DNA of 64,000 bases from Kudoa neothunni. Lineage: Eukaryota > Animalia > Cnidaria. How positions within the stretch are numbered: the first letter of the stretch is position 1; the number at the start of each line of letters is the position of its first letter. A program made the position numbers and the translations under genes. The stretch lies in contig OZ199838.1 of NCBI GenBank assembly GCA_964304625.1, positions 16,785,469 through 16,849,468 on the forward strand. The letters run 5' to 3'. Under the pieces are notes generated by a model. It had not been told where the DNA came from. It did no database searches and saw nothing but the letters and a program-made list of their open reading frames with translations. Positions 1-13,549 of the stretch are shown piece after piece.

Positions 1-250
1 AGAATTGTTTGTTGGGTAAAATTAGTCGATTTGTAATAATCTTCTCTTTTGAAAGGTAAATGAAATTTAGGTGTAGTTGGTGCCAAAAATATGAGCTCCT
101 TGTGTTAAATCGGCGGAATCACCGTGACACCGCCTTATTGATTACAAATTAAGCTAGTCAGTGTAATCATTTCCATAGTTTAAATGTTTCTAACACTAAA
201 GTCGACATACTCAATAAATTGACAATAACGATACTTTTATTAATTGACGC

Positions 251-303
251 TAATATTTGTAATATGTGTAATATGTGTAATATGCGTAATATGCGTAATG
301 TGT
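251..303. repeat. 9-bp tandem repeat (TAATATGTG/TAATATGCG) x ~6
   Basis: Directly visible; explains the spurious 'NMC/NMR' ORF 219..410. Confidence 0.85.
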
Positions 304-781
304 TGGTTTCTAGTTGCGCCAAGTCAACTTTACGATGGTTTTTCACGCGTAGCCTCCTAATTTTGGTTATATTAATTTATAACTCGATTGACGAATATTC
401 GTTGTTTTAATAAAAGGTTACGTAACCCATTTTATAAATAGACAAATTTACATTGTGTCCCATTCACGATGTATCCTTCATTTAAAAAATGTTCGAGATA
501 AAACTCTCATCCTGACATTGAATTGATGGCGATTTTATTATACAAAAATGAGATTGAAAGAAAAGATTCACACTTAGGGAGGATTTGAATTCTTTTATAG
601 TTGCTTCGATCATTTAATGAATTATTTTAATTTAACACTAGTAGAATGCATACAATAAATTGTTTACAAGTTTGTGTAAAAATAACTGCGATTGTGCGAA
701 TATGGGGAGGGTTTAAAACAGAATTCTTACCGATTTAAATTATTTAGGATACAAATTTTTGTTGTTTAATTGGATTATAAG

Positions 782-2614
782 TAGGGTTGGAAATTTTCGA
801 CGTTTATTTCTCTGTAAATCGATGGTATTTATCGACATTTATTCAAAGAAAGAAAAACTCTGAATAAAAAGAAAACAAAATAGATTCGATAATCGTGAAT
901 TAAAATAATTATAATGGACCATGGAAATTTAGCATCGCCAACATTGTAGGGCGATCATCACCTAAATTTATTCTTTCTTTTCCAAAAACGTATCGGAGTT
1001 TTGAGAAATTCCTTTCAATATTGATTGATGACACTGGCAGGGTCAATATATCTTGACAAAGTGTTCAAAGTATAAGTAAAACATTTGATCCCGTTTTCCA
1101 AATGTTGGGATCGACTGATCTTGTTAAATATCTCGCCTCTTTACATAACAAATCGAATTCATTCTTAAGTTGTTGCCTGTCTTCAATCTGTAAAAAGTAA
1201 CAAAGATCATCAACATTCAAATGTTCAATTGAAATTATATCGTTTGAATCGAGATTTTTCACAGTTGCAAAAAATGTATTTGAGGGTAAACACCCATTTA
1301 GATATTGAACATTTTAGTTCATTAATAATTTCGTCGCATAAATGTTCACATTTAAGTAGAAGATTACTTCTACATTGAAATGGAATGAGACCGATAATGT
1401 CCTTGTGATTTTTTAGCAAATAGTTCTTGTCGATTCCAAAGTCATTCTTTATCCAGTCACAAATTTTCGAGATACAATTCTCTTCGGTTTCAATTATTTT
1501 TGAAAAATCAAATAATGGAGTAGGTGCATCGATTAAAATATTTAAGGAAAAGTAAAAATTCATTAAGTTTTGCTCCAAATTTATCTCCTTTTATATCTTT
1601 TAAAAAGTGGACAACTGCTGGGTAATACTCCTTTATTTGCCTCATACAATTAAAGAAACTACACCACCGTACATCTAATACTCTCGGAATTTCTTTGAAA
1701 ATATCAAAATTATTATTTTTAAGGTGTATCAAAAAAGAGTATTTCGCTTTCCTATTTTTTAACAGTAGGGATGAAAATTTCTAACATCCTTAAAGTAAAG
1801 GTCAACAGCTTTTTGAACAGCTCCATGAATAGTATGTGAAAAACAAGAGATTCTGACGATATGAGGATACATAACTTTCAATTCGATATAATATTTTTTC
1901 ATGTAAGATGCCGAGTCAGAAATAATAGCGATACAATTTTTCCAATCCAAATCATATCGTTTTAGAATTTCAGACAAATGGCTAGAAACAATAACAGAAT
2001 TACACGGTATAAGTCTCGAAGAATCTAACATAATAGTTTTGCATGTATCTGAGGAACTATCACGGAAGCAGGCCAAAGTGTTAAAAATTGGTCGGTTTTT
2101 AGCATCTGGGGACTCGTCAATTATTAAACTAAAACGTAAATCAGACATCATTAGTTTAATAGTGGTCACGGCTTTCTTATATATCGTTGGAAGATGCTTT
2201 TCAACTAAATATTTTCCTTCAGATAGCATAGCGACCGTGACGCAGGACAATACGCAGAAATAAATTTCTTTAGATTGCTTTCTTTATTAATCGAAGAAAA
2301 TGGGGGGCCATTAAAAGCAACTATTTTAACCATATCTATTTCTATTTTATTTGAATTCGTCGCGTCTCGATAAAATATATTAGTTAGAGGGTTTATTTCC
2401 GACAAATTCGACTTGATGGAACAATGTTTTTGAGAATTAACGTGCTCCTGTATTCTATTTTGTTTCGTAGGTATCGACACTTTGCAATACCTACATATTA
2501 GTACATCACCAGCAGCTTCTAAATCACTCCATTCCATTAAATAATTGGTTTAAAACATCGCTTCATTTACATTTTTGCAAATTCGACGGTTTAAATCGAA
2601 AATTTCCAATCCTA
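782..2614 (-). mobile_element. Decayed hAT DNA transposon (Zn finger + DDE + hATC dimerisation domain)
   Basis: Inverted termini TAGGGTTGGAAATTTTCGA (782) and TCGAAAATTTCCAATCCTA (ends 2614). Frameshifted ORFs 2537 to 911 carry CRYC..HVNSQKH, LIIDES, AIISDSA, CFSH, VRW and LPVSSINIERNFS motifs. No matching 8-bp TSD seen. Confidence 0.85.
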
Positions 2615-2699
2615 TCTTTAGTATGATTGACATTGCTGGTTATAACTCAGTGGTTGTGTATTTGGAAAAATATATTGAATTTAAGTTAAAATAAAAAAA

Positions 2700-3193
2700 C
2701 CGTACAAGACAAGGCGGCGGTAATATTTACAAAATTTAGCTGATGAAATTGCTGAAGCATCCGGTAACGATAATAGTGACCCTTCGTTTATCGAACCATC
2801 AAAAATCTATAGAAAGAGTGAAAAAAGAAGATGCCGGTTGTGCTCCTATATAGCAGACACACAAACTAAGACGATCTGTTCGTTCTAAATGTGGAAAAAA
2901 CGTTTGTAAACGACATTCTTCAGTTTTCTGTAAGAATTGTCATTGATTCTTTATGTTTATTATAAAACTAAAAATTCACACTAGTATATTTGTGCAGTCG
3001 TGGTACACATTGTTTTTACAGCTTTGCGATAAATTATTACGATATTAAAAATAAACCAATAATAAATCCTTTTTCATATTTATGGCATATTTATAATCAG
3101 TTGGACAGCGTTGAGTCCAATTTTACCGACTGGGTCAATTGGACCCATTTTATGCAGTAATGCGATTTTTTGGGGCGTACATACAAGTGTTAA
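2700..3193 (+). mobile_element. piggyBac 3' fragment (C-terminal Cys-rich domain and right end)
   Basis: KRRCRLCSY...TICS/KCGKNVCKRH...CKNC at about 2823-2940; ends in CAAGTG-TTAA at 3184-3193. Confidence 0.65.
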
Positions 3194-3667
3194 AAACATT
3201 TATAGAGGGATTATTGTTGTTTAATATCTAAGAAATCATTATCGTCATTTTTAATGATGATATACTAAATCTAATCCAACGGGGAAAATATATAAACTAA
3301 AACTCGAGATTATGTATTAGAATATTTACAGTATTAGCTCTAGATACTTTAGATATGGGTTAATTTTGAAAATGAAAAGTTGACACCATTATGCGCACGC
3401 GCAAATAAGTTGAACAATGTAAGCATATTGATTATATTAAACTTTTTTCACAAATTATGCACAAGATAAATTCTGAGTGCATATCCAAGAATGCAAGAAA
3501 ATTTTATGCAGGTGTGATACATATAAGTAGGATTTTTATTTAATGTGTTCATACTAAAAACAAAAATTTGGGCACGAAGTGTAAATCAACTAGGAATTGT
3601 GCCTAATTCAAAATAAAACCACTCAGAAAAATAGCCTGATATTTAAATGGAAAATGGAGTATTTATA

Positions 3668-6600
3668 TTAGAATTTTCTAATCTGTACGTTTTTGGTACG
3701 TTGGCGGTAGACAAAAATCGACAGTACGATTATTAGAGCTGTAAGAACTGCTAAAGTTGAAGTGGTGGCGATAACTGCTGTGCTTGATACAGAAGGTAAA
3801 GTAACGATGACTTCTTTCTTACGAGGGCCCAGGAATCCTATTCTTGGATCGGTGAAGGCGTAGACAGTCTCGTCCACCTCTAAATCCCTAAATAACATGA
3901 AATCAATTAATAAAATTCAGTGTAATACGTTGACTGAAGTGTCACATATGTGGATGATTTCAGTTGAATGATATCCATAAAAATAATTTTTAACAGTGTA
4001 GATTCAAAACATCGCATGTCCTCAGTGGACTCATACTAAAAATAAATCCAATAGGAAACTAGGAATGTAATAAATGTGTAAATACAAAATCAGTTATTTG
4101 ATCAGGAAGCCGTTTGCAATTCATTCGAATAGATTTAATCAACGATTCCATAAAAGCGGAATGGGAGTGTTTTTCATTATTTTGCATAAGCGTATGCAGC
4201 TTAAAACAGTTAACATGTAATTACTTATAATTATGGATTACCACAACGTCTGCAGTTAGAGATAGAAATTTTCCTTTGAATAATGAAAAGTTGCATCCAT
4301 CATAATTTTCGCAATATTTTTTGCTGTTCAAAACATTTAACAGTAGATTGCTACACTGCACATGGTTGTACGCACCAACTTCGGTATAAACTTTGGTAGG
4401 ATCCATAACTGTGATTAGAAATCGTTGAGTAGAATCTCGAGAAACAACAGTAAGAGAATTTTCTGGTTTGCATGGATTTTTAAAAAATATTTCCTTCTCA
4501 GTGGTGGCGGGTGTTTCCTTTTTTAATAATATCCAAAATGACTTGCATAATAATTCTAAATACTTCTATCAATTCTTGAAGTAAGGTGGCTCTTATTTTA
4601 TAATAGCCTAACATTTGAAATTGGTGTGAAAAAAAATAAATGTTCTTATTGTTGAGTTTGACTTGGGTCACATATGATTTTTCCCAATTATTTATGTCTT
4701 CTACTTCGAATCCCATTAATAAATTCCAATAAAGTAAGCTAATGTGTGTTTTTCCCGAAAATTTCTATAAAACGTTCAAAATTTCAACAATTATCAAGGA
4801 ATATACTCCAGTTGTAAAATCAAAGGTTTGCTTCAAGTACCAATAAAGTGCATTTGTGTGTGGTGTCAGTACTTGCACATGTTGATAATCGACAACTTTC
4901 AAATACGATTTGATTGTTTTTTCTGCATTTTTTATGGTTGATTCTATTTCTTCTTTTGAATAGCTGGAAAATTACTTTTAAGATAATAGTCACAAAATAT
5001 ACACAAACCCCTTTACTGCCTCTTGTGTGTAAAGAACGCGTATCAAGAATCTTCTTTTTCTAACATTGAGCAAATGTTCACAAACATCAACATATATAAT
5101 GCATTCATGTATATCCCCATCTATTAAAAGGAGATTTCAAAATGTATTCAAACGACTAATTTAAAAAAAAATTTTTCTTTCACATAAATAATATATTGTT
5201 AATTAATATTATTGCGAAATTCCCAGCTTTGCACGGTTTCGAGAAAATTTTTCATCACAGAAGAATACGGTCAAAAAATGAAGAAATATGAGATTCCTCT
5301 GAATAATCCTGAGGAAAGATTAAATAAATCTTTTTTTCACATATAATACTTTTAACGGCTGTGCTGGGCATGGTAAAAAATTGAGATCATTTTAGAGAGA
5401 TAATGAATGTTGCAAAACCTGAATAACTCAACTCGACAAAAACTTACGATAATTAATTTTTATACACTCTTCTCAAAACTATTTTGTAACCTCTTAATAT
5501 AAACAAAAATATGTTAAATAATTAGGTAAAGTAAGATATCAATCTATATATTAACTCTTATCACTTAAAATTCAGTCTAACGGTGGCTATAATGAAATTT
5601 GGGGACCTGGTTTCAATAGTTTCAATATGTAAGGACTGAATCCATCTGATTACAACATAAGCTTCCAGTTCTCATTAACCTAGCAAACTTGCATATTTCT
5701 ACTATATTAAATTCCACCTATAGAACTTTTAAAGTGTACTTATCAAGCCAAATATATTAAAAGTTCCAAAAATAAGGAGTGTATTTAAACACACCTCCAA
5801 ATGGACACATCTACTTAGATGTACAAATAGATAAACGATATAAGATGTATCTTGAAATCGTGGATATATAATTTAAGATTGAACCACTAAAAACGTTCCA
5901 AATAATTTGCAGAGGTTCAGTATAGATAAATGTTGCCACGAATAAACAAATATAATCCTATTATCGAAACCACGTCATCCGCTTAACAAACTTAACATCG
6001 AGGATAACACAATTTCCTGCATTAATTTTGAACTTTAGTTAATGCAATAACAAATGAGAGAATTTTTAAATTATCTTGAACTATTAAAAGTTACCTATAT
6101 ACCTATCTATCTATCTATCTACCTACAAGAAAAATTTACGTCGCACATGCATACTTAGGTCACACGCAAACACATCGACGGCAGTCCTCCTTTATACAGT
6201 AGCGCGGGGTTATTACCTAGTATGGTTATTGCGCACTTTTAGAAATAATGCCGAAAATTCAAAATATACGAACTAACTATAGATATAAATCGTGGAATAA
6301 AAGTAAAATATATCGATAAATAACATTATAGAATTAAGAAATAATTTTTTCGTTGGGAAAAATAGGAGTGCATGCTTATTGCGCACCCGAATTCTGTTGC
6401 TTGATTACATTGGCATGGTAAGTACGCAGTAGGAAAATAGGAAAAATCATCGCTTACTTGAAGAAACCGTGTAGATTATTAAGTAATTGAAAAATTAGGA
6501 ACTAAGAGTGACTCTCAAGCGAATATCGTTAGGCGCTCCAGCCTTAAATCAGTCACCACATTGAATAAAATTGTATCAATAAAATCGAAAATATTTTCAG

Positions 6601-7814
6601 AATTTATTTCAGGTGATTTAAGATTTTATCGCAAGACTCTTAGAAAAAAAATTCAAACTACTCTATATAAGAATGGATCGAACTTTCGAGAACAAGAAAT
6701 ATAAAGCTGTCCAGAGAGTACAATATAATAGGAAAATAAATTAGCCAATGGCATAAAGGACGACTCAAAAGATAATACTCCTATAACTGTCGGTCGAGGA
6801 CAGTTCCATGAGTTTGCTTCGAGAGTTAGACAAAAAAGGAAAAAATTAAATAGAAAATTCAAAAGAAATTATTCAAGATCCATCACATAGAAACGCTAGA
6901 ACACAATACATAGTTAAATTTTTCATTTTTCAAAATAAAGTAAACTTTGTTTAAAACAAGAGAAAAAACGGATTTTTTGTGGAAAAAATAATTCTGTCTT
7001 ACACTACCTTATTTATTTTCAAAATTCTCTGTGGACAATAAAAAAATTATTACGAGAATTTTTCATATCTCTCTACTAAAGTTATTATTAGTGCAACGAG
7101 AGAATAAATAAAAAACGCAGAAAAAAAGGTCGCGCACTCGCCTAATTTTTCCCAATGTGTGCGTGCGCTTGAGCATGGATATTAAGTAGTGGGGGGTTAT
7201 TGCGCACTTGACTTTTTGTCCCAAAAAAGTGAGAAGTATCCCTACACAATTGTGTATGTAATCGATAATCTTCAGTTAGTTTAAAACACTTACACACGCA
7301 ATTAAAATGGTATTCTACACTAAATATATAATTACATCTAATTTAAATTTAAATATAAATAAATATAAATTTAAATTTAAAGAGTTAAATTTTACCCAAT
7401 TATTTGATAGTATCCTTCAAATCGTTATTATATTTATTTAGTTTAACTCCCGAATTACGGTTTTATCCAAAATCAGAAATTTTTTTATCATCTTGGATTA
7501 AGTTAATCTTTTTTCGTTTATTACTCTGTTAATTTATTTTATGTATATTATACGTGATCATACGTGAGCATCTATGGGTAATGGAATTGAACTGATGATT
7601 TTGTAGAGGAAATTCTATGCCATGCTCAATTTTATAGCATATAACACTAACGTCTAGATTATTCTTCAGCATAACTACCCCATACTACAAATTAGAGCAT
7701 TATTCCAACATAATATCAACGTTAATCCAAATTTACGTAGAACTTTTTGTCCTTTAGTGCAACCCGATGTAAAAATAAAGACTGAATAACTAAAGCTAAA
7801 ATGTTTACTATCAT
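3668..7814 (-). CDS. GDA1/CD39 (NTPDase/ecto-apyrase) family-like membrane protein, predicted catalytically inactive; 9 exons, 461 aa
   Basis: Exons 7814-7737, 7684-7564, 5120-5009, 4963-4807, 4764-4564, 4517-4242, 4199-4086, 4035-3929, 3887-3668 are all joined by GT-AG introns with compatible phases and no internal stop. Hydrophobic N-terminus and C-terminal TM. Segments YGVVM..VICYKI, QVKLNNKNIYFFSHQFQMLG, KNPCKP, NHVQC..LLNVLNSKKYC...GCNF..FKGKF and RCFEST align by eye with CD39. Confidence 0.75.
5200..5927 (+). repeat. Dispersed ~730-bp repeat, inverted copy at ~20265-21000; lies in intron 2 of the CD39-like gene
   Basis: For example TTTTAAAGTGTACTTATCAAGCCAAATATATTAAAAGTTC (5727-) is the reverse complement of the sequence at about 20427-20466; colinear across the whole interval. 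Confidence 0.85.
6197..7260 (+). mobile_element. pogo/Tigger-like remnant
   Basis: TA-CAGTAG start at 6195-6202; repeated TTATTGCGCAC motif (about 6226, 6377, 7198); broken CENP-B-HTH-like peptide (EWIELSRTRNIKLS) near 6670. Right end not clear. Confidence 0.4.
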
Positions 7815-8278
7815 TTTTAAATAAACAAAAAAATCTTCTTATATTAATAATGGCCTCAAGTGCTATATTTTGTTTATCTCGATAAATGTTACTATATGAT
7901 GTAATTATATAAACGAAATTTTTGGAATATGGTTTTAATGCCAGTTCGAGCCAAATTCCAATATTCATCATCTTCATATTTATTCGTAAAATATTATAAT
8001 CTTTGCCAACTAACAACAAAATGTTTTTAATCACGTGAATAATTTTTGACATATATCATAGTTGCATTTATAAGGTTATTTGATATACGTAGAACGATTA
8101 AGAATCTGTTGCTAACTAGTCAATAACAAATTCCAATCAGATTAACACTGGGCTTAAAATATTTACTAGGATGAATAATATAACAATTATTTTTAGTGTT
8201 ATAAGGGCACTATTGATATATGCGAGAAACACTATGATAAAATGAGTGCATACATTTAACTAGGTTATAACTTATAAC

Positions 8279-11200
8279 CAGGGGTTGGCATGAGTTAATT
8301 GATTGCAACCAAGCAATTGAATGCAATAATTACACTTTAAAAAAAGTTTTATTTAATATTTAAAAATCCTTAATCGTCGTTTCAGTCTTCTTTTTATATA
8401 AAAAAATTTAGCTGTTACAATATATTTTTTAAATTTGAACATAATGTTTCATTTTTGACGTAAACAAGAGAATTCTTCAATTTAGCCATTAAGTGACGAT
8501 AAAATTTAATATATCTATTTATTCAACAACGAGAAAAGATCGAGAACCCGCGCTATAATGTTATGTTTTTACGTTACCAACGAAAAATGTCGGAGCAGTT
8601 TTGATTTCCATCATGCTATATAATAATTTGAAATTCGTAGGTTTTCTCGTGTCGAAATAGGCTGGAAGCACGTTTAACTTAATTACGCTCGCTTGTACTT
8701 CAAATTTTATTCACTTCATGCATATTCGACATATTATTGCTTATTTATCCACCTATAATATTTTTAAGATCATATTAATGTTAATGTAGGAATTAAAACT
8801 TAAAAATTAGTCGGCAGATATAAGAATTTTACTCTTTAAAAACGTGATCTTTGTACATTATTGTTCGAAGTCTTTTCACATTTAATTTAATAATAATAAT
8901 AATAAAATATTGAGTGTAAAATTTCAGCTTAAAAAATTGATATATTCCTATTTGTTCGACATCGTGCTCACGCGTAATTTCCTTTTTGTTTACGAAAACC
9001 TGAAAATTGCCTTATTATTTGCATATTTTTGCACATCACTTCCTTAAAATGATTTTTTCATTCAGGAATTAACATATTAATTACTAATGTGCTCTGTTAA
9101 CCGAGTGTTATACCAAAATGGAGTTTTTAAATTTTAAAGACAATTACGACTTTTTTTGGTTATTAATGATAACAAATTTTTCATTGATAGTTTATTTGAA
9201 AAAATTATCTCAGAAATTATCCAATTCAACAAAAAAATTGCGAATATATTATTTCCTATATCCTAATAAAGCAAAAAATAAATTTTACTAATGTAGTCTC
9301 CCTTATATATTCGTTTAAACAGAGCTTTTATGTAAAAGACAAATTTCGGCAATAAAAACTCAAAAACTCCTGGATAAGATTTGTAGCGCTTTTATCGATA
9401 TATATATATATATATATATATATTTAGGTTCCGACAACAAATTATATTTTCACAAATTCAGATACTAATAATAAACATAAATGTTTATTTTAATTCTGAC
9501 TTATTTATATTTATTCAAATTGATTATGCAAGTAAAATGGTTTGAAATATATAAAATAGCCATTATGTATTATTTTAAATATCTTCAAAAAACACTTTAA
9601 GATTTCGATGATTATTATAATTAATGTTTTGTATCCTGACTAAATTAATAATGCATCATTTTTTTGGATGAAATAAATAATTGTAAAACTTCAAAATTGA
9701 AAATTAAACAATATTAAATTTTTCAAACTAAAATACTTATTTTAATGTCACCATCAATAGTAGTATCTACATTTCATCTATTAACTTATGAATAAATTGA
9801 TTTTTTTATTTTTAAAATTTAATGTCATTATATAGAATACTTAAACTGGACTGTTGGTTGAATAATTTCATAAAATTATTAACATAAATCGATTTAAGTG
9901 ATAGACGCTCCAAAATATGCAAAGAATAAAGAATTTATCAATTTTTTTAGTGGAGCATTCCAAATCTAACTGTTTTTTCCATTTTCAAATAACCATAAAG
10001 AGACTTCAAATAAAAGAGGGCAACGATGATGTCTTCGAAGAGTGAAATGCATTAATATTTATCTGCGTTTTCCGAAAAATCCAGAAAAAATTCGTTTCGG
10101 ATTGAGGCTAGTGAAATTTCGTTTAGTCAAATCTTCATTAATGCAGATAGTCAATTAATTACAAATAGAATTAAAAAATTATTTATATTTACGCATGACA
10201 AGGCTATAAAAATCGTTCTATAGTTAGAAATCATGTTTAGATTCATTAAAAATATTTGAAATAAAAAATTGATTATTTTTTTAAACATGAAATTTTGTAT
10301 ATACATTATAAATATGTATTTAAATATATAAAATAGGAAATTTTAAGGTGTATCATTGAAATTGTTCAGTCAATAATATTTAAGGTAAATTAGACGATTC
10401 TTAATTAGATCACGATTTTATGATTTACTATATTAGGATCATTAAATTAACCATCTGTACAAAATTTAGTAGTCATTATTGGTTTTTATTTTGTTAACAT
10501 ACAATTACTCAGGAAACGAATTAGCAGTTAAAGCTCCTAAAGGCTAGCCTCGTGTACCCTCAATCATAAAGATAGAATCTATATTACCATCTGGTCAAAA
10601 CTAATTCGCGTGTGTCAAAAACATCAAGCTAAAGTTTAATAATAATAAATGCAAAACTCAAATAATGTAATTTATTGGATTAGTGGAAAACTTTGTCTAT
10701 GAAGACAATGGTTTAATAATGGAAATCAGTATATATAAACAGTAAGATTTTTGGAACACATGTTGAACCGACTCATTTCGATTTGTGACAGTGTAAAAAT
10801 TCAAAGTTATTTTTAGGAGTTAAGTTTCTAGTTTTTTCGTTTTATCAATTTTCTTAAAATAAATAATGAAAAATCTGGGTAAATATGATGTGCGTTAGAG
10901 GGTGTTTTTACTTAGCAGCTTTGTGTGTAATTAAAAGGATTAAGATCGCATAAAATATAACTATGTATCAGTACGATTAACTTCAAAAAGAGTGTTTAAA
11001 TTTGCATTTTTTAAGGGAGTAGGTTAAGGAAATACTTAAAGGAACCCCTATATTATAGATCAAGGGGGCCACGTTTAAGATTTGTTGCTTTAAGCCTAAG
11101 AAGTGAACTATAATTATACATCAGTTTATTGATTTAAATAAAAATGAAAGAAAATATAAAGTCAATTGATAGAAATTATTTTTCACAAGTTGATTAAATT

Positions 11201-13549
11201 AACTCAAAGTGGCGTTATAAACGTGGGAAGGAAATAATTAAAAAAAACACAGGATGGAAAAATATTTTTAATCATGTTAAAAGCCAGCATAAAGACTACC
11301 TCAAATCAATTGAAACGCCTACAATATTGAATAATTTTGGAATAGTGTCAGAAGTTACAAAAAAAGGGTAGCACCATTTACGGAAGGCTAAAGTGGGTTT
11401 GTTGTAAATTGAAACCATTAAATTTTGTAGAAAATGAATTCACTCGTTTGTATAGCAACCTAGGGACAATTTCAGACAAAAAGTTTAAAAATACCTCGAA
11501 TTGGTTACAAGAGAGGCCAAAATAAAAATAAAAGATTTGTTGCCCTCCAAATTTTCCCTCATCTTAGATGGGTGGACGAAAAATTCCACCCATTACACCG
11601 GCATTTTTTGCTACTTTTAACTCACCAAATTCGAACGGCTATGAAGTATGTCTATTAACATTTTCTCCATTGTTGACAGAGACAACATTTACAGCAAGTG
11701 ATCATTATGATCTTCTAAAATCTGTTTTGAGTATATATGGGAAATCTTTTTCCAATATAATATCAATAAGTGGAGGCAATGCTGAAGTTAATAAAGCTTT
11801 AGCGAATCTATGTCAAGTCTCGTTAATTGGATATGCTTCGCATCGTTTAAATTTGGCCGTCTTGAAATTCTTAAAAACCCCACGAAAACTTAATTCAAAG
11901 AGTGCATAATTTAATGGGAAAGTTAAAGAATTTAAAAAAATTCTGGATTGTTGAGAACTTTTTACTAAACCTAAGGCCGAAATAAAAAAAAATGAGACCA
12001 GATGATCAAGTACTTTTGAAATGTTTGAAAGGTACGAAAAGTCAAAAGTTTTTTTTTCTGACCCTGAATTCATTAATGAAAAAAGCTTGATGGATCATCT
12101 GCTATCACCAAGAAAAAATATGGATATATCTGAATTATTAATTCATCTGAAAAAGTTTTAACTCGGTTTGACTGATCCTTCAAAAAGAAAGTGTTACATT
12201 GGCTGAAACACGATATTTGTTTGATGAACTTATTCTCATATACTTCTGCTTAGATGAATCGCTTAGTACTAACGCCAAAATAATTCACTCTCCCACTTTG
12301 GAATAAGCGATATATAAAATTCAAAAGGAAAGATCGGATGAGATGACTTATGAGGAATAAAGTGTCGTTTGGGATTTGAAAATAAATACACCCATTCCCA
12401 CGGAAGAAATTGAATTTTCAACTATATGTGATGATTTAGCACTTAATGAATTAAAAAAAAGAAAGATGGAGAAAAAATTTATTCCCACCTACTACATGGA
12501 TACTAGGTTCATCCTTCCAACCTCTAATATTGTTGAGTGCCCCTTCAACAGTGCTGGCTACGTCACTAACGACTTTAGACAAAGTTTATTGTCATCAAAT
12601 TTAGATATGCAAATTTTTTTGAAGGCAAACCATAAACTGTGGGACGAAAAACTTTTTTCTTCGAACTCAAGTATATAATTTTAATTTTCTTTTCGATTTG
12701 TCACTGTGATCTTTTTTAGATTCCTCTCCAAGCCCAGACATTATGCTTAGAGAGAACGACTAAAATAAAACAACCACAGGACTGATAATAAAGTTAATAG
12801 TAACATACTGTGCTTATGAATATGCTATAGGTAATTCGGATAATTTTAGAAGAACGAACAGATTACTACTCTTCTAACAGCCATAATATAAACGCTACTT
12901 TTAAATTTTTGTTATTAGTTGTTTTTGTGTTTGTCCTCTTTTATTTTTTTTCGCTATTAATAACAATAAATTAATACATCTTTTTTATTAATGCGAGTCT
13001 ATCTCAGATATTCTTTTATTACATTTAGATAGATAGGTAAATCGCAGTTATATTATTCATAATTCATATGTTGTTATAAATATATTGATAAAAGAAATAT
13101 TTTGATATTGAGATTAAAACTGTTATACCCTTTTAAAATAAGATTTTAAAACGCATACGTAATTAACTTGTTTTTTATGATAATTTTTTAAATTAATTCT
13201 CACAACTATTTATACTTTATTTGAACTTTTCATTACTGTTTAGTGGCGCTTAAAAATTTATTATTAATAGGAAAATAGGAAAAATCGTTTCCGAACGTGG
13301 AATGCAAGATGATTAGTCGTAATATAAATAATTTTTTATATAATGAAATAATTATTAAATGAAAATTCATTAAAATAATAAGGTTAAATTTGTTGACATT
13401 AAATTATTTTGTTATTAGACCACTAAAAGTTTTTTTAGATAAATTTCAATTAATTGAAATAATTGATTGTGACAAATCGAAATTAAAATTTATTGATTGC
13501 GAGACAAATAATTGATTTTTAGAAAAAGATCAATTATTTCCAGGCCCTG
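8279..13549 (+). mobile_element. Large (5.27 kb) hAT element with decayed transposase at ~11140-12678
   Basis: Termini CAGGGGTTGGCA / TTTCCAGGCCCTG; flanks CTTATAAC and GTTATAAC (7/8 TSD); subterminal AATTGATT repeats at both ends; transposase motifs LILDGWT, ASHRLNLAV, NETR*SSTFEM, PTSNIVE. Confidence 0.7.
11144..12678 (+). pseudogene. hAT transposase pseudogene (multiple frameshifts and stops)
   Basis: ORF fragments 11568..11909 and 12376..12678 plus intervening frames with BED-like TGWKNIFNHVKSQH, CxxH-like YASH, RW and hATC motifs. Confidence 0.85.

Noticed and set aside
251-303. CRISPR-like or coding repeat
   Set aside because: Plain 9-bp minisatellite without spacers in a eukaryotic context
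3561-3585. Second copy of the 48268-50563 piggyBac right end (AAAATTTGGGCACGAAG)
   Set aside because: Only a short orphan match with no left end or intact TTAA, so too little to call an element
7675-8052. 125-aa ORF as a standalone gene
   Set aside because: It overlaps the real exon 1 and intron 1 of the CD39-like gene in another frame and has no recognisable domain
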